A stretch of DNA of 58,289 bases. Source: Actinomycetota bacterium. Its GTDB lineage: Bacteria; Actinomycetota; UBA4738; HRBIN12. How positions within the stretch are numbered: position 1 is the first letter of the stretch; the number at the start of each line of letters is the position of its first letter. The stretch lies in the NCBI GenBank assembly GCA_036555125.1, contig DATBLY010000068.1:1-58289 (forward strand). Reading direction: 5' to 3'. Made by a program: the position numbers and the translations under genes. Of the stretch, positions 52,442 to 58,289 are shown piece by piece. The notes beneath the pieces were generated by a model. The model was not told the DNA's origin and ran no database searches. It was given only the letters and a program-made list of their open reading frames with translations.

Positions 52442-52789
52442 ATGAACAAGCGCTCCGCGATCACCGTGGCTCTCGGCCTCGTCGCGGCCCTCGTGATCGG
52501 TGGCGTCGGGCTCACGATGGGGATGACGGGCCCGGCCCCGAGCCTCGCCTCGGTGCGCGACCCGGCCCCGAAGGTGCGCACGATCCACCGCACCGTCACG
52601 GTGCACCGGCCGGCCGCGTCCGCCGCGACCGTCATCGCCACGGCCCCGGCCCCATCGGTCGGCGCCGGCGCGCAGGGCGACTACGACGACGATGGCTTCG
52701 AGGACGAGGGGTACGCAGAGGGTCACGACGAGGGCGAGGATCACGGCGGCGGCTACGAGGACGACGAACACGAGGCCGAGGATGACTGA
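52442..52789 (+). CDS. Small anchored protein with highly acidic, His-containing C-terminal tail
   Basis: The 115-aa ORF has a strong SD (GAAGGAGG), one TM (AITVALGLVAALVIGGVGL), and a tail GDYDDDGFEDEGYAEGHDEGEDHGGGYEDDEHEAEDD. Confidence 0.7.
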   Translation: MNKRSAITVALGLVAALVIGGVGLTMGMTGPAPSLASVRDPAPKVRTIHRTVTVHRPAASAATVIATAPAPSVGAGAQGDYDDDGFEDEGYAEGHDEGEDHGGGYEDDEHEAEDD

Positions 52790-53099
52790 GGCCCGCCCCC
52801 GAAGCCGCTGGCCGAAGCGCGCGGTCCGGGCCGTCGCCTGGAGCGCTGCGGGCGCCGCGTTCCTCACGGGCCTGGGTGCGCTCGGGGCGGCGCCGCAGCC
52901 CTCCGGCGCCGCCGCCGTCGCGCCGGTGCGACAGAAGGTGATCATCCGGCGGATCGTGAAGCGCGTCGTGATCGTCGATCCGGTCCCAGCGCCGGTCACG
53001 ATCCCGGCATCGTCCTCGACGTCGACCGGCCAGGCCCCGAGTGCCCCCGCGCCGGCGCCTGCCCCGGCGCCCACGACCTCCGGGGGTTCGCACGGATGA
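52782..53099 (+). CDS. Small anchored Pro/Ala-rich protein
   Basis: The ATG lies within GATGACTGA, giving an 8-nt overlap with the upstream gene. The sequence is MTEARPRSRWPKRAVRAVAWSAAGAAFLTGLGALG...APAPAPAPAPTTSGGSHG, and its stop overlaps the apbE ATG. Confidence 0.55.
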   Translation: MTEARPRSRWPKRAVRAVAWSAAGAAFLTGLGALGAAPQPSGAAAVAPVRQKVIIRRIVKRVVIVDPVPAPVTIPASSSTSTGQAPSAPAPAPAPAPTTSGGSHG

Positions 53100-53980
53100 C
53101 CGGCGAGCCGTTCCTCCGCTCCGGGTTCCGCGCGATGGGGACCGACGTGACGCTCCTCACGTCGGTCGGTGCCCACGACGATGCCCTGGCGCGTGTCCGA
53201 GAGGCGTTCGAGACCGAGGAGCAGCGGTTCTCCCGCTTCCGCGAGGACAGCGAGCTCTCGCGCGTGAACCGCGCCGCCGGCTCGTGGTGCCGGATCTCGG
53301 CGGGCTTCGAGGCCCTCCTGCGCTTCGCGATCGGCCAGGCGCGGACCACCGCGGGCCGCTTCGACCCGACGCTCCTGGCCGCGGTCCGATCGGCCGGGTA
53401 CGACCGCGACTTCGCCGACGTCTCACGGGGCCCGGCCGGACCGTCCGGGCCGCCCGTCCCGGGCGGCGGTTGGCGGGCGATCCGGCTCGAGCCGGGCCGC
53501 GTGCGGATCCCGGACGGGACCGGCATCGACCTCGGCGGGGTCGCGAAGGGCTGGACCGTCGACCTCGCGGCGGCCGCCGCGCTCGAGGCCGGGGCCGCCT
53601 GGGCCCTCGTGAACGCCGGAGGGGATCTGCGGATCGCGGGCGAGGCTCCCGCGCTCGACGTGGCGATCGAGGATCCCGCGGATCGCTCGGCGGAGGCGCT
53701 GCGCGTGCGCCTGGCGGCCGGCGGCCTGGCGACCTCGTCGATCCGGGTCCGCGCCTGGGGCGAGGGCCGGCATCACCTGATCGATCCCGCGACGGGCGCG
53801 CCCGCCGACGACGCGGTGATCCAGGCGAGCGTCTGGGCCGCCACGTGCGCCGAGGCGGAGACCCTCGCCACGTGGGCCCTGCTCACGGGACGGTCGGCGC
53901 TCGACCGCGTGGCGGGGGCGATCGTCACCAGCGACGGAGACCTCGTGACGAGCTTCCCGACGACCGAGGTGGCGGCATGA
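53096..53980 (+). CDS. apbE: ApbE-family FAD:protein FMN transferase
   Basis: The 294-aa ORF reads FRAMGTDVTLL...SELSRVN...FDPT...IDLGGVAKGW...NAGGDL. Confidence 0.88.
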   Translation: MTGEPFLRSGFRAMGTDVTLLTSVGAHDDALARVREAFETEEQRFSRFREDSELSRVNRAAGSWCRISAGFEALLRFAIGQARTTAGRFDPTLLAAVRSAGYDRDFADVSRGPAGPSGPPVPGGGWRAIRLEPGRVRIPDGTGIDLGGVAKGWTVDLAAAAALEAGAAWALVNAGGDLRIAGEAPALDVAIEDPADRSAEALRVRLAAGGLATSSIRVRAWGEGRHHLIDPATGAPADDAVIQASVWAATCAEAETLATWALLTGRSALDRVAGAIVTSDGDLVTSFPTTEVAA

Positions 53981-54543
53981 CCACGTGGATCGTCCTGCGG
54001 GCGGCCGGGATCGGCGCCTACGTCGCGCTGTTCCTGGCCGTGGCCTGGGGGCTGATCGGGACGACATCGCTCGTCTCGAAGCGTGTCTCGAAGCCGTCCG
54101 CGAACACCTTCCACGGCGTGGTGGCCGCCGCCGGGTTCGTCCTGTTGCTGGTGCACCTCGGCGGCCTGCTGGTCGACCGGTTCGTCCCGTTCGGGATCGC
54201 CGACGTCCTGATCCCGATGCGATCGTCCTTCCGGCCGGTCGCGATCGCGGCCGGGATCGCGGCGATGTACGGGATGGCGATCGTGTTGGCATCCTCCTGG
54301 GCCCGCAAGCGCGTGGGCACGACGTGGTGGCGACGGCTCCACCAGCTCTCGGTGCCGATCTTCACCCTGGCGCTGCTGCACGGCGTGTTCGCCGGCACCG
54401 ACACCGAGCGGCCGTGGATGTTCTGGCTCTACGCGGCGACCGGCCTGATCACGTTGTTCCTCGTGATCGTGCGCGGCCTGACGGCCGGCTACCGTCCTGC
54501 GCGACCCGCGCGTCCGGCGCCCGTCACGCCGGAGGCTGGCTGA
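53977..54543 (+). CDS. Ferric-reductase-like (MsrQ/FRD-type) transmembrane protein
   Basis: Its ATG overlaps the apbE stop (ATGA). The 188-aa product has 5-6 TM helices with conserved His residues (TFHGVVA...LLVHLGG...RLHQLS...LLHGVFA). Confidence 0.65.
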   Translation: MTTWIVLRAAGIGAYVALFLAVAWGLIGTTSLVSKRVSKPSANTFHGVVAAAGFVLLLVHLGGLLVDRFVPFGIADVLIPMRSSFRPVAIAAGIAAMYGMAIVLASSWARKRVGTTWWRRLHQLSVPIFTLALLHGVFAGTDTERPWMFWLYAATGLITLFLVIVRGLTAGYRPARPARPAPVTPEAG

Positions 54544-55213
54544 GCCCGGCGTCGTGGAACAGGTCCACGGACGCCACGTCGTCCACCTCCCAGACCATCC
54601 GGTCGTCGACCTTCACGACGCCGGGGACGTGTCCGACCCGGGCGACGATCCCCTCGGCCTGCGACCGGAGCTCGACCTCGCCCTCGAGCCGTACCCGTCC
54701 CTCGTGGACGGTCACGGCGATCGCGTCGGGCGGGACGAACAGCTCGGAGGTCAGGGCCCGTCGCACGCCCTCGCCGATCTCCTCGTCGCCCAGGAGGAAC
54801 GCGCCGAGCAGGTCCACGCGGGACACGATCCCCACGACGTGCCCCTCGGGGTCGACGACGGGGAGCCGGGCCACCTTGTTCTCGTGCATCCGGTGGACGG
54901 CGTCCAGGAGCGACGCCTCGGGCTCGATCGTGACCGCCGGGCTCGTCATCGCCTGGCCGGCGGTCTCGGCCCTGGTCAGCTTCCCCCGGCGCGCGTCGTG
55001 TGCGGCCGCGGGCGCGGGATCCAGGAACTCGATCTCCTCACGCAGCAGCAGGTCGGACTCGGACACGATCCCGACGATCCTCCGGTCCGCATCCAGGACG
55101 GGCAGGGCGCTCACGCGGAACTCGCGCATCAGGCGAACCAGCTCCGGGAAGGGATCCTCGGCGTGGGCCACCGCCACCGTCCGCGTCATGACGTCCAGCA
55201 CCCTCTGGGTCAT
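54524..55213 (-). CDS. CBS-pair plus BON domain protein
   Basis: This is the C-terminal 229 codons of the composite ORF, with GGGAGGTGAG upstream of the ATG. It has two CBS motifs (VMTRTVAV...ALPVLD..GIVSESDL; AMTSPAVTI...LPVVD..GIVSRVDL), then a BON-like VRLEGEV. Confidence 0.8.
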   Translation of the reverse strand: MTQRVLDVMTRTVAVAHAEDPFPELVRLMREFRVSALPVLDADRRIVGIVSESDLLLREEIEFLDPAPAAAHDARRGKLTRAETAGQAMTSPAVTIEPEASLLDAVHRMHENKVARLPVVDPEGHVVGIVSRVDLLGAFLLGDEEIGEGVRRALTSELFVPPDAIAVTVHEGRVRLEGEVELRSQAEGIVARVGHVPGVVKVDDRMVWEVDDVASVDLFHDAGLSQPPA

Positions 55214-55344
55214 GGCTCTCACCTCCCGTGCCCAACACGGTACCCCCGTTCGCGGGGAACGACAGAGGGACGTTCGGGGGGCTGAACCCGGGACCATCGG
55301 CCCCGGCCGCGGGTGCGGCCGCGAGCGGCCGGGCTCCGACCCGG

Positions 55345-58071
<2,727 letters not shown>

Positions 58072-58146
58072 CGGGGCATCGTTCCCTTCCGGCGGATCGG
58101 TCCTTCCATCCTCCCACGCCGGACCCGCGGGCCCAGGGCCGGACGG

Positions 58147-58289
58147 TCAGCGAGCGGTGCGTTCGGCGGCCCGGGCGGCCTTGATCGTTTCCTTGTGCTC
58201 CATGCGCTTCGCGCGGCGGAGCTTCGCCTCGCGCTGACGGCGCTGTTCGATCTCGCTCTCGGCCACGAGCGGCGGGACCGGGCAAGGAT
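58147..58289 (-). CDS. Possible 3' end of a gene encoding a basic helical C-terminus (partial, unidentified)
   Basis: The minus frame is open from the window edge to TGA at 58149..58147 (...VAESEIEQRRQREAKLRRAKRMEHKETIKAARAAERTAR). I recognised no family, and it could instead be a short ORF or non-coding. Confidence 0.3.
   Translation of the reverse strand, partial: PCPVPPLVAESEIEQRRQREAKLRRAKRMEHKETIKAARAAERTAR

Overview
Very GC-rich chromosomal segment, and clearly actinobacterial: it carries WhiB, F420 genes (fbiC/cofD/cofE) and an LCP-rml-wbbL cell-wall module. Gene order is largely collinear with the conserved core region known from Mycobacterium tuberculosis Rv3240c-Rv3267 (secA, hpf, comF ... 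ahcY ... manB, DUF3499, whiB, fbiA/B, manC, wbbL, rmlD, LCP). I support about 57 protein-coding genes, roughly 47 of them on the minus strand and many translationally coupled. I saw no rRNA, tRNA, CRISPR array, transposase or integrase. Most very long ORFs in the track (R/P/G/A-rich) are wrong-frame shadows of real genes, so I trimmed composite ORFs to internal starts that sit on stop/start overlaps. Content from left to right:
- PLP decarboxylase (partial), smpB, ftsX/ftsE, a YfhO-like membrane protein, and prfB with its programmed +1 frameshift.
- Two small paralogous membrane proteins ending in CHQCR.
- secA, an MFS transporter, a ThDP enzyme, DinB, an orphan NarL-type response regulator, hpf and comF.
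- A tightly coupled string: manB, trm112, PGI/PMI, PNP, ahcY and a hypothetical protein.
- DUF3499, an L,D-transpeptidase, and a large GT2 plus DUF5719-like pair.
- whiB followed by a K/R/A-repeat histone-like protein.
- F420 genes, a purine permease, tandem DUF3105 genes and SpoIID.
- A roughly 13 kb rhamnose/mannose glycopolymer export locus: manC, wbbL, a small DMT protein, wzt/wzm, three GT4 genes, rmlD/B/A and LCP.
- A degenerate REC-GGDEF protein, an ApbE/ferric-reductase-like operon with two small anchored proteins, CBS-BON, and aconitase.

The items most worth follow-up are:
- the CHQCR-tail protein pair;
- an ABC-2 permease whose conserved N-terminus lies upstream of any canonical start codon;
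- the stand-alone basic repeat protein behind whiB;
- the ApbE operon with no recognisable flavinylation target;
- the unknown protein coupled to ahcY.
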